A DNA stretch of 64,000 nucleotides. It comes from a virus (Duplodnaviria > Caudoviricetes). A program made the position numbers and the translations under genes. The notes beneath the pieces were generated by a model. It was not told the origin of the DNA and did no database searches. It saw only the letters and a list, made by a program, of their open reading frames with translations. The stretch lies in the IMG/VR virus record IMGVR_UViG_3300024255_001563, positions 64,001 to 128,000 of that record. One strand, 5' to 3'. Every line of letters starts with the position of its first letter. Position 1 is the first letter of the stretch. Of the stretch, positions 1 through 10,100 are shown one piece after another.

Positions 1-83
1 CTAAAATGATCTACCGGGACGGTGTATACAGTTGTATTAGTTGCTGCTGTTAGCGCATTTGCCCCTAGTTTTCCGTTTGCCAT
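1..83 (-). CDS. 5' fragment of a small virion structural protein (runs off the left edge)
   Basis: SD GAGAGGA, then ATG at 83-81, reading MANGKLGANALTAATNTTVYTVPVDHF with no stop before the edge. Resembles the 110-130 aa paralogs at 13120, 22678 and 23068. Not in the ORF track. Confidence 0.75.
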   Translation of the reverse strand, partial: MANGKLGANALTAATNTTVYTVPVDHF

Positions 84-98
84 AAATTATCCTCTCTA

Positions 99-3000
99 TT
101 ATCTTAACATGTAATTATATGCGAGTGGTAATCCTAATACACCACCTTGGAAATTAACCCTTGCTTTAATATTTATCAATTCTCCTGACACTGTTGTAAT
201 TGTGTTAGTAGCTATAAAAATATCGCCTGCTGTTACAGAGTTAACGTTAAGTGACGCACCACCGCCACCAATTTGTGCTTCAATATATGCTTTGATAGCA
301 CGTTGAGTTGGAACAACATTATCACTATTCGCTGTAAAGAACGGATCTGTTGAAAACTCGCTCACTGCTGCTGAGTTACCACCTAGTGTAACCTCGCCCA
401 GTGTTAGTTCTTGTAGACCTGCAATGTTAAATGCTTCTGCATTCAATGTTGCAATACCAGTTGCTTGTTCAACACTGAACAAGTCACCAACTCTAAAGTT
501 ACCATCTTGGTCTGTAGCAGTAAAGAATACTCGTCCACCGTCTGCTGTAACTGTTTCATTGGCTGGCGCTGGACTATTAACTGGTACACCTGGATAATTA
601 GTATCGACAAAATTGCCTGTACCTATATCTAGGAAGTCGTGTCCTGTAAGTCTAACTTGTGAGAATCTGATACGTATTGTAACTGGATCACCATGTGCAG
701 GTGCATCCGGTATTTCCATATCTGGACTCAATTGTAGGAATGTTGTATAACTTCCATCATTGCTGCCTAAGAAACTAACAGTATTAACTAATTTAAATAT
801 TGTATCTGGTAAACTATCAAATACTATGTTAGATCCCGGTACTGGTCTATTTGTTAGCTGTCTTACTGCAACAAACAATCCAGTTTGGAAGAAGTCTGCA
901 TACCCATTACTTAAATCATCATTAACATCAGCATCAGCTGCTTCGAAGTTTGTTCCTCTTGCTTCAAATGATGGCTGAGCTAACGCACCCTTACCGACTC
1001 TTACTTCAAAAGTAGCGTCATTAATGTTTCCTGGGTCAGTTATTGTAATGGATGGTGCTGATGTGTAGTTACTGCCTGGTTCCCAAAGTTTTACTTCGAA
1101 AATTCTTTCACTAGCAACACTAACTCTACCTCTTGCTGTACAGCCTATACGGAAGTCATGTACAAGATTTGATGTGCCATCGCCTGCTACTATAAATTTA
1201 CCAGTTTGTCCAGGATTACCAAATGCTATTACACCTAACTGTGTACTACTTGCAAAAGTTGGTGTATATGTACTCCATGTTCTACCATTTTCTGAATAAT
1301 ATACTCTATTATTAGTACCTGCAGAAGTAGCAACAAATACACCATTACCATAAGTTATGCTGTCTATTGCTGCGGGCATTGCTATTGCTGTCCATGTTGC
1401 ACCATTGTCTGTACTTAATGCTGAGTTTCCTGAGCCGTCACAAACAATAACTTTATTCTTGCCAGCGATAATTTTATTCCAGGTACTACTACTCGGTAAT
1501 GTAGATGTTGTCCAGGTATCGCCATCGTCATTTGAATAAGCAAAGTTAGCAGTTCCACTATAACATGTAAAGAAGTGTCCCATTCCAAACGCAATTGTAT
1601 CAGGTCCTGATGTAACTGTTCCTCTACTTGACCATGTCTCACCACCGTCTACACTTGTATAAACTGCTGTATCATTATCACATAATCTCATAAAAATATT
1701 ATTACCGTATGCAACATGACTTGCACCTGTACCTGATGCCCAAGTACCGGTTGTCCAGGTTGTTCCGTTTTCACTATACGCATAATCCTGCGTATCGCCT
1801 ACAACAATGTATGATGGTTCATACAGTGTAGATCCGTCATCAATTGATCCTGATGCCATTTTTGCATTAGATACGCCACTGATTCCTGCTGGAAATGCTC
1901 CACTACTCCATGTAACACCGTCAATACTAAATTCATATAAATTTGTACTTTGAGCGCCTGCAATAAATATACCTTTTTGAGCTAGTCCTTCGTAGTCAAA
2001 CTCAACTACTTCGCCACTTGCTCCTACACTAGTTAGTGTAAGTGTAATATCATTTGCTGGAGTTGCTCCACCTACTGATGTACCAGCTATAGTTAATGTA
2101 TCAAGTCTAGAATATCCGCTACCGCCTGCATTTACTGTTACATAATATTTTGCACCTACTTTATCTATATCAAATGTTGCAAGTGTTCCGTCACCAGTTG
2201 TAGTTGATGCTATACCGATGTATTGTGCAGTAGTTGCATGATGTATTATCTGTCCCCAGTTTTTACTACTACTAAAGGCTCCTTGTGTAGCTGATTGTGG
2301 CGGAGCACTAAATGAAACATTTGGTTCAATTTGATAAGTTGAACTTGCGTTAGGCGCTGTAATATCTTTACCTTCTTGGAAGTTATCCCATCCTGCTGAA
2401 CCATCTGATTCTTTAAGAACTGTTGCTATTTTAGTACCTGCATTATAAGTATCAATAATACCGAAGTTTCCTACTCCAGCACCACCTGTGATAATAAGTT
2501 TCATACCAGGATATGCTGTACTTAAATTACCGTCTGTTTGTGCTAGTGTAAGTTGTGTTGTACTACCTGCTTGTGCAGTGTTTTGTGCAATAGTAAATCC
2601 ACTACCACCTGCTAAATCTTCTTCAGCATCTGATACTTGTGTAACACGTACATTAAATACTGCATCATCTCTAAAGTCTTTTGTATCTTCAAATGTAAGT
2701 ATTTCATTATCACCTGCACCAAAGATATTAAGTTCTGCTTCAGTATATTCATTACCAGCATGACTATACTCCATAACAATTAAGCCGTCACCGTCACAGA
2801 ACACATCACTAATTGTTGCATTATACTGGAACTTGTTATCTACAATTGCTGTTACTGGTGTTTCTTCTGCATCAACACCTTCTGCAACTGAGCCAAATGT
2901 ACCATATGAGTTATTGCCGTTTGTAGCACGTATTCTACCACCGCTTTCAGCTAGATAACCGATATGCGAGTAGTATGTGAATACAGACACAAGTTCTGCT

Positions 3001-6000
3001 CTACCGTTGTTAAGAATATGTGCGCCGATACCGTCACTAATAACCTGTGTAAAGTCATTACTAACAATCGAGTCATTACCACCGTCGTGTAACGCACCGT
3101 CAATCTTTTGTCCAGTCGCTGCATAACCAAATGTTGTACAGTTTTGTATATATGGAGAACGTGCAGTAATCCAAACTGCTTCATGCTTTGGTCCCCAACC
3201 TGGGTCAAGCGATCCATATGCTCCTGCTGTAACTCTTCTTGTACCATATTCGTTTAGTGGTCCTAAGTCACCTTGTAGACCATCTAATGTCATTAATCGT
3301 AAACCTGTGCCATTACGTAAGTAGAAGAAATCTTCTTCTTGACAACCTATGATTGAATTAGCATAATAACGAGCTGCCAACTTTGTTTTATAGTTATTTG
3401 GCATTACAACTCTAATGTCATTTGTATAGTCTCTAACAAAGTTTACAGGATATAATAGATCATCTTTAACAGCATCTAAGTAGGCATTAACATCTCTTGA
3501 ACATGTTGCTTGACTATATGTGTAATCTGCTTCTACTTTAAAACTACCTGCATTTGTTGATATTGTAGTTAATGATCCATTTAAAGAATCGCTTATTGTA
3601 AATGTTGTACTAGAAATTATATTTGCAACATAATATGTTGTGTTTTCAAGTAGTCCTGAATTGCCAACTGCTAACTCTGAGTCTTCAAGATTTATAAATT
3701 CTAAAGGCATACCTGGTGACAACCACGATGTATCAGCAACAGTTAGTGTATTGCCTACTGAGCTAGTTTCAGTAATTGTATCACTAAAATAATCAGCTAT
3801 AAAAGCATGTACTTCTGCCTTAATAAAATCTTTATTAAGTTCAATTTGTCTTACTGCAAAGTGACTGTTAGGATCAGCTGTAACTTTATTACTACCTTGA
3901 TTTACTGTAGCACTAAAGATCATATCGTTTGCATACTGATATGCAAAGTCAATTGCTGCGTCAGCTGACGCTTCTGATGCATTAGCTTTTACTAGTTCTG
4001 CTGCATAAAGATTTGCTGCTAGAGTTGCTTCTGCTTGATCACCGTATACTTTAGCTGATGCAGTTCTCTTGTAAGAAATGCCAGCAATTATCGAAGCCAT
4101 ATTTGAACCAAGTGCTGCGTCATATGCTGCTGCATATGCAATAAGTTGAATGTCTCTTTCGCATTTTGTTTGATTATATGTTAAGTTAGGGAAGTTTGTT
4201 GTAATAAATGTAATTACATTTGATTTAACTGTTGTTAAATTTCCTGCATTAATAATAGCTGCATGATCTGCTTGTAATCCTGCACTTGCTCCAGTAATAT
4301 CAGGATAATTAATTGTAGGTATTGTACCGGTATCAATAATTCCTGTTACAACATCCATCAATGTTTCAATACTAGTACCTGCTGCTACACTGCCGCCGAC
4401 TCCAGTATTCTGAATTGTTGCTGATTGTTCTGTAGGACTAACTGAAATACTTCTAGATATCGGAACAAGTATATCTTTGAGATAACCATATGCTGCAAGT
4501 GTTGCAGTTTTTTCTTCTGAATCTATTTGTAAAGCGCCGCCGGTACCTGAATAATATGCAGATCCTGCTGTAACACTTTGCCAATCACCACCGTATGTTA
4601 AATCGTATGTTAATGCATCAAGAATATAACCAACATCTTGTTTACATTTTGTTTTACTATATTTTACAGCTGGATAGTTATTTGTAATGTATGCTAATAC
4701 TTCTGCATTAATAAAATCTTTATTAGCTTTAATAAGATCTCTTGCATATCCGTATTCTGAATCAAACCCAGATGGAAGAGGTAAAACAGCTTCTATCTTA
4801 GTACCTAATCTAAAGTCTATATCTTTTTTGATTGTTCGAACTGCTTGAGTTGCCCCAGTACCTTGTACATCAATACCAAATGGATACTCTCTACTTTGTG
4901 CAGTAGTGTTACCTGTAGTAGGAGTAACAGCAATACCTTGTACAACATCACTTATAACATCTTCTATTCTTTGAATTGCACGGAAACTGTATTTGCTATC
5001 AAATATAGGTGTTAAAGTTGTATTTGATGCTTTTCTAGGTTGTACATTTGTCGAACGTAGTTCGTCACCGATAATGCAGCATTCTGCAGGAACTATAATA
5101 GGTAGCATTTCGTAGTATCTACCTGTAGACACTTTAACAAGTGTATTTCTAATTAATCTTGCTGGTAAGTTATCTGCATTACCTGCTGTAATTGCATCTG
5201 TAACTATACCAACTAAGTTTGTAATATCAAGAAGTACAGGTTCTGCAACAAGTGTTTCGTCAATAAATTGTTCAACAACTGCTGTTGAATTATCACCATT
5301 TGCAACTTGATAATTTACATCAGGTGCAGTATTTTGTAGTACTCTTTGTATTACTTCTAATCCATAATTTATTGATGCTACTGTTTCGGCTTCTTGTCCT
5401 AAAGTATAAAATTCAGGAGCATTATTAACATATTCTAATGCAACTTTTCTACTTTCAACATTACCACCGTGTGTTAGATCCCAAACCACTGCATCAACAA
5501 TGTAACCCATATCTCTTTCACATTTTGATTCAGCATATGTAAATCCATCAAATATTTCACCGGTGCCTGCATTTGCAATCTGCCAGTCTGTCCATTCTAC
5601 TATTTCTCTTTGAATAAAATATTTGTTTAATTCTAAAAGTCTTCTTGCATCAGGATTTTTTGCTCCTTTTTCAATTTGCTCACATGCAAATTTAATGCTT
5701 CTAAATGGTTTATCTAAAGTACGTCCGTGTAATGGAGTAGGACCATCAGTACCATGTTCAGCTACGTAATAAACATCGTCTGCAACACCATAATATGTCC
5801 ATTCAGGAAGATTGGATTCAGATACTCTTAGTAACTGTCCTTCTTTACCTATCGGTAGTCTAGTAGGGCCTGAACCTGAATAATATACTAAATCGCCATC
5901 AGTGTTAAGAACACTTGTTTCTGTACCGATAGCTAGCACGTTCCAGTATGCTCCGCCTGTATCTTGATCTGGACGTGAATTTTCTGCGCCGCCACCAGGC

Positions 6001-7124
6001 TGAATTGCAGTTTCTGTTGAGTAGTCGTCGCCTTCAGAAATATGTCCGTTTATACAAACATATGAGTTATTTCCGTAACGAACAACATCACCTAATACAT
6101 ATTCTCTATCGTCTAACCATATACCTGTCCATTTTAAGCCAGTGGCAAGTTGTGACCAGTAATCTGTATCAGTAGGATCGTTTCCTGAACCTTTTTGTTT
6201 TGCAACATAAAGATATCCGCCTCTTGAAACTGTTTCGCCTGCATCGTATTCAACAGCTGAAGAATCATCATTGTATTCACCTAAGAATTTTATACCTTGT
6301 GTAAACAATGACCAGTTTGTACCGTCATCTGTTTGAGGATCAGTGTTTTCATTAACAGTATTTGCAATATATTGATTGCCACCGCTTCGTACAACATCAC
6401 CTTGCTGATAAATTTTTTCAGGGATCCAAATGTCTTCAAATTGAAATCCTTGTACAAAACTAGTCCAGTTAGCAGCATCAGCACCAAAACTATCTGTTGA
6501 AGTATGAGCAGTAGAACATATATATAAACTTGCGCCGTAATTTACAACATCGTTTAATTTATATCTAGTAGGACTTGACCATGCATTTTTATATTCTATA
6601 CCTGCATTAAAGGTATCCCAGTTTGCGCTATTAGCTTCTAATCCGCTATCGGCAGTTGCAGCAGATGTATGAAGTGCGTTACAAACATAAGTAACACCGC
6701 CATATTTAACTAAGTCGTTTACTCTATATCTAGTTGATGTAGTCCATTCACCTTTCCAGTCTAGACCTTCGGCATATACTGACCAGTTTGATAAATCATC
6801 TTCTAATCCGTCGTTTGCAGTTTCAGCAGATGTATGAACTGTATTACAAATATAAAGCCTTGCTCCATATTTTACAATGTCATCATATACATAATATGTA
6901 TTTGTTGCCCACTCACCTTTATATGTTTGCCCATCACTAACTAAATTCCATTTAGATGGTACTACATCTAAATCTATAAAAAAGTCATTAGCTGATGAGT
7001 GCCCAATTGTACAAATATACATTTTGCCGCCGTAGGCCACAACGTCATCTTTGTAATATACTGTAGTAGTTGCCCAGTCATTTTTCCAAACAAATCTGAT
7101 TCTACCTAACTTAAATTCTGCCAT
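99..7124 (-). CDS. Giant virion fibre/structural protein (2341 aa): N-terminal CBM5/12-like repeats, helical repeats, beta-helix-like region, BNR/Asp-box propeller
   Basis: About 8 repeats of W.G.W...T.Y...DVV.Y.G..Y.C...H.S; YYVAEHGTD motif; Asp-box-like S.DG.TW repeats; C-terminus GHDFLDIGTGNF...GGRVFFT.TDQ.GNF shared with 7174..12663. SD GGAG and late promoter upstream. Confidence 0.8.
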   Translation of the reverse strand: MAEFKLGRIRFVWKNDWATTTVYYKDDVVAYGGKMYICTIGHSSANDFFIDLDVVPSKWNLVSDGQTYKGEWATNTYYVYDDIVKYGARLYICNTVHTSAETANDGLEDDLSNWSVYAEGLDWKGEWTTSTRYRVNDLVKYGGVTYVCNALHTSAATADSGLEANSANWDTFNAGIEYKNAWSSPTRYKLNDVVNYGASLYICSTAHTSTDSFGADAANWTSFVQGFQFEDIWIPEKIYQQGDVVRSGGNQYIANTVNENTDPQTDDGTNWSLFTQGIKFLGEYNDDSSAVEYDAGETVSRGGYLYVAKQKGSGNDPTDTDYWSQLATGLKWTGIWLDDREYVLGDVVRYGNNSYVCINGHISEGDDYSTETAIQPGGGAENSRPDQDTGGAYWNVLAIGTETSVLNTDGDLVYYSGSGPTRLPIGKEGQLLRVSESNLPEWTYYGVADDVYYVAEHGTDGPTPLHGRTLDKPFRSIKFACEQIEKGAKNPDARRLLELNKYFIQREIVEWTDWQIANAGTGEIFDGFTYAESKCERDMGYIVDAVVWDLTHGGNVESRKVALEYVNNAPEFYTLGQEAETVASINYGLEVIQRVLQNTAPDVNYQVANGDNSTAVVEQFIDETLVAEPVLLDITNLVGIVTDAITAGNADNLPARLIRNTLVKVSTGRYYEMLPIIVPAECCIIGDELRSTNVQPRKASNTTLTPIFDSKYSFRAIQRIEDVISDVVQGIAVTPTTGNTTAQSREYPFGIDVQGTGATQAVRTIKKDIDFRLGTKIEAVLPLPSGFDSEYGYARDLIKANKDFINAEVLAYITNNYPAVKYSKTKCKQDVGYILDALTYDLTYGGDWQSVTAGSAYYSGTGGALQIDSEEKTATLAAYGYLKDILVPISRSISVSPTEQSATIQNTGVGGSVAAGTSIETLMDVVTGIIDTGTIPTINYPDITGASAGLQADHAAIINAGNLTTVKSNVITFITTNFPNLTYNQTKCERDIQLIAYAAAYDAALGSNMASIIAGISYKRTASAKVYGDQAEATLAANLYAAELVKANASEASADAAIDFAYQYANDMIFSATVNQGSNKVTADPNSHFAVRQIELNKDFIKAEVHAFIADYFSDTITETSSVGNTLTVADTSWLSPGMPLEFINLEDSELAVGNSGLLENTTYYVANIISSTTFTISDSLNGSLTTISTNAGSFKVEADYTYSQATCSRDVNAYLDAVKDDLLYPVNFVRDYTNDIRVVMPNNYKTKLAARYYANSIIGCQEEDFFYLRNGTGLRLMTLDGLQGDLGPLNEYGTRRVTAGAYGSLDPGWGPKHEAVWITARSPYIQNCTTFGYAATGQKIDGALHDGGNDSIVSNDFTQVISDGIGAHILNNGRAELVSVFTYYSHIGYLAESGGRIRATNGNNSYGTFGSVAEGVDAEETPVTAIVDNKFQYNATISDVFCDGDGLIVMEYSHAGNEYTEAELNIFGAGDNEILTFEDTKDFRDDAVFNVRVTQVSDAEEDLAGGSGFTIAQNTAQAGSTTQLTLAQTDGNLSTAYPGMKLIITGGAGVGNFGIIDTYNAGTKIATVLKESDGSAGWDNFQEGKDITAPNASSTYQIEPNVSFSAPPQSATQGAFSSSKNWGQIIHHATTAQYIGIASTTTGDGTLATFDIDKVGAKYYVTVNAGGSGYSRLDTLTIAGTSVGGATPANDITLTLTSVGASGEVVEFDYEGLAQKGIFIAGAQSTNLYEFSIDGVTWSSGAFPAGISGVSNAKMASGSIDDGSTLYEPSYIVVGDTQDYAYSENGTTWTTGTWASGTGASHVAYGNNIFMRLCDNDTAVYTSVDGGETWSSRGTVTSGPDTIAFGMGHFFTCYSGTANFAYSNDDGDTWTTSTLPSSSTWNKIIAGKNKVIVCDGSGNSALSTDNGATWTAIAMPAAIDSITYGNGVFVATSAGTNNRVYYSENGRTWSTYTPTFASSTQLGVIAFGNPGQTGKFIVAGDGTSNLVHDFRIGCTARGRVSVASERIFEVKLWEPGSNYTSAPSITITDPGNINDATFEVRVGKGALAQPSFEARGTNFEAADADVNDDLSNGYADFFQTGLFVAVRQLTNRPVPGSNIVFDSLPDTIFKLVNTVSFLGSNDGSYTTFLQLSPDMEIPDAPAHGDPVTIRIRFSQVRLTGHDFLDIGTGNFVDTNYPGVPVNSPAPANETVTADGGRVFFTATDQDGNFRVGDLFSVEQATGIATLNAEAFNIAGLQELTLGEVTLGGNSAAVSEFSTDPFFTANSDNVVPTQRAIKAYIEAQIGGGGASLNVNSVTAGDIFIATNTITTVSGELINIKARVNFQGGVLGLPLAYNYMLR

Positions 7125-7143
7125 TTATCTTACTCCGTTGTAA

Positions 7144-7151
7144 TATTTATC
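7144..7151 (-). promoter_or_regulatory. T4-like late promoter
   Basis: GATAAATA in the 49-nt gap upstream of 99..7124. Confidence 0.7.
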
Positions 7152-7173
7152 TTTTCTTTCATAATGCTTAATA

Positions 7174-10100
7174 TTATGCTCGATCTTCGTTAAAGAAGCT
7201 CTGTCTTAAAAACATTGTTTGTGCTAGCATGGATCCTTGTATTCCATACCCTTCTCCACCATTAAAGTGTACTGGAACAGGTATAAACAATTCACCTTCT
7301 ACTACATCTATTCTATTTGCTTCGCTACCTATTAACACAACACCTGCTTGTAAATTATTTGTAGCAATCTCTGAACCACCTTGACTTAGTCTATTAGAAA
7401 AGAATGTTGCTATAGCTCGTTGTGTTGGAATAACATTATTAGAATCTTCTGTAAAGTTTACATCTGTACTAAATTCTCTAACAACTGTTCCTGAACCGCC
7501 TAGTCTTACGCCGCCTAGTGCAAGTTCACTCAAGCCGTCTAAGTTAAAGAATTCAGCACTAATAGTAACAATACCAGTTGCTTGCTCAACAGCAAACAAT
7601 TCTCCGCCTCTAAAGTTACCGTTTTGGTCTGTAGATGTATAAAATACTCTTCCGCCATCTACTTCAAATACTTCGTATTCTGGTGCAGCAACAAAGAAGT
7701 TACCATCTCTATAAATTGCAGGGTAGTTTGTTTCCTGAAAATTTCCTGTACCGATATCAAGGAAATCATGTCCACTAATACGACATTGAGAATATTGTGT
7801 TCTTATTTCGCATGTAGTGCCAGTTTGTAAACCATCTTCAATTTGCAAACTCGGAGTGATTTGAAATCTTGCACGTTTTGTACCAGCATTTTGACCATCA
7901 TCTCCTAAGTCAGTTATTGTTGACACAGTATAGATTTTTAAATCGCCTTCTTCCTCTGTATCAAGATCTTCGATAGTAGTAAATCTAAGCTGTGCTCCTG
8001 GACCAGGAATTTCTGCCGGTACACCAATAAGTGTAACTAATGTTCCTTCTGGAACAATATCAGCAAATCCGTCTCCAGTAATAGTAACTCTTGTAGTAGA
8101 TGTTCTATATCCTGTACCTCTATTTCTAAAAGTTGGCTGACCTAATACTCCATCGCCTAGGCGTAAATTATACAAAACTTCACTTGTATATGTATTATCA
8201 AAGATAGTTAATGTTGGGTCGTTTTCACCTTCAACATATCCACTACCTGGATCCCATATTTCCATTGTAGAAAGCTGTGAACCATTTACTACTGCTCTAA
8301 ACTTAGCTTGTGCACCTGTTCTAACTTTGTGCCAACCTTGTATTGTAGAATTATTAGCTAATACTACCCACGTTGGTTTTCCACTTAGTGTATTATAAGT
8401 TAGTGCTGAATAATCTTTAACCCAGAACATATCTCTACCTTGCCAGTTATAGCCGTCACTACTTGTAGCTACCCAAGAAGTTGCACCTGTAGCAGGTGTT
8501 GCATCGGCGCCGATGATTTGTCCATCGGTATTTGAAAGAGCAAACCAACTTCCGTTTGCAAATTTTACCTTGTTCCACTTCATTGTTGTAGAACCATCTT
8601 CAAGTGGCATATCAGGACCTTGTGCCCAAGTTAAACCTAAATCTAAACTATAAACTGTTGCACCGTCTCTGTCAACTGCTACAAATCTATTCTTACCGTA
8701 TGTTAATCCTACCCAAGCAAATGCGCCTGCTGGAAGAGCTGTGTCAAGTCTTGTCCAGGTAATTGCATCCTCGGAATATGCAACTGCTCGATCATTCCCT
8801 GCAATTACAACAAATCTGCCTCCGCCGTGTGCAATATTAGTCCATTGACTGGCTGTAGAATCTCCTAATGTATCGTCTGGAATAGTTGCTTGTGTCCATG
8901 TTACGCCATCTGTACTAGATATTACTGTATTACTATCTTCGGCACATATAACAAATTTACCTTCTGCAAAAACAACATCACTCCATGCTTCATTAGCTGG
9001 TAGTTGTTCAAATGTCCAGTTAATACCGTCAGATGATACTCCTACTCTATCGTCATCGTCGGCAATCAAAACAAATTTGCCGTTGCCGTTTGCTAGAGTA
9101 TGCCAGTTTCTAACTCTGTTTATAAATGTTTCATTCCAGTCTTGTGCATCTGCACTATATACAATAAAGTTAGGTTGTGCAACAGCAACATATATTCCAG
9201 ATAGAGCTGTACCTGTAGTAACTATACCTTGTATACTATTTGTACTATCGTCTGAATTAGCTGTAACTCTTATTACACAATCGTTAGCCGGTGTTTGGCC
9301 ACCTAGATCACTACCGAGTATTGTAATTTCGTCTCCTATAGCATAACCTGATCCGGGATTAACAATAGTTACTTCGTAATGCTGGCCGCTGCGTAATACG
9401 TTTACAACTGCTCCGGTCGGAACAACTGATGCATCAATTTCTCCGGTACCAAAGCCTAATGTTATTCCAGCATAATTTTGACTAGTTTCACCGTGAATTA
9501 AATCTTTAAAAGTTCTTTCATTAGGTAAAGTGCCTGCTTCCTTTTCGAATCCTGGATCACTCACTACAATTCTTGGTTCAATTCTATATACACAGTTGTT
9601 AGAAAGAGCAGGTTCAATTGTTGTTCCTGGAACAATATGATCCCAGCCAGGTTCTCCAGTACTTTCTTTTCTTACTGTTGCAACTTTTGTGTTTGCTACA
9701 TAATCGTCAACAATAGCATATTGTCCAGTTCCGTCGCCACTTACAATAAGTATTCTCATACCGTTATATGTATCATCTTGATTGTTATCTGATTGAGCAA
9801 GTGTGATTTGTGTAGTGTTTCCTACTTGAGCATTGTTACCATAGACACTATAACCACTACCGCCTGCAAGTCCTGAACCTTCATTTAGCAGTCGAGATTG
9901 GAATATGCTTCCATCTGTAATTTGGTCAAATACTACATCAATGCCGCCGCCGGCGCCAACTACATCTGCTGTAGCTGTTGTATAATTTTGTCCACAATGT
10001 ACATATTCAAATAGGAACACTTCGTCTTGAAATTCACCTGCATATACATTATTAACTATTGCGTCATTATTAGTATTATCAACACTTGTGTTTATAGGTG

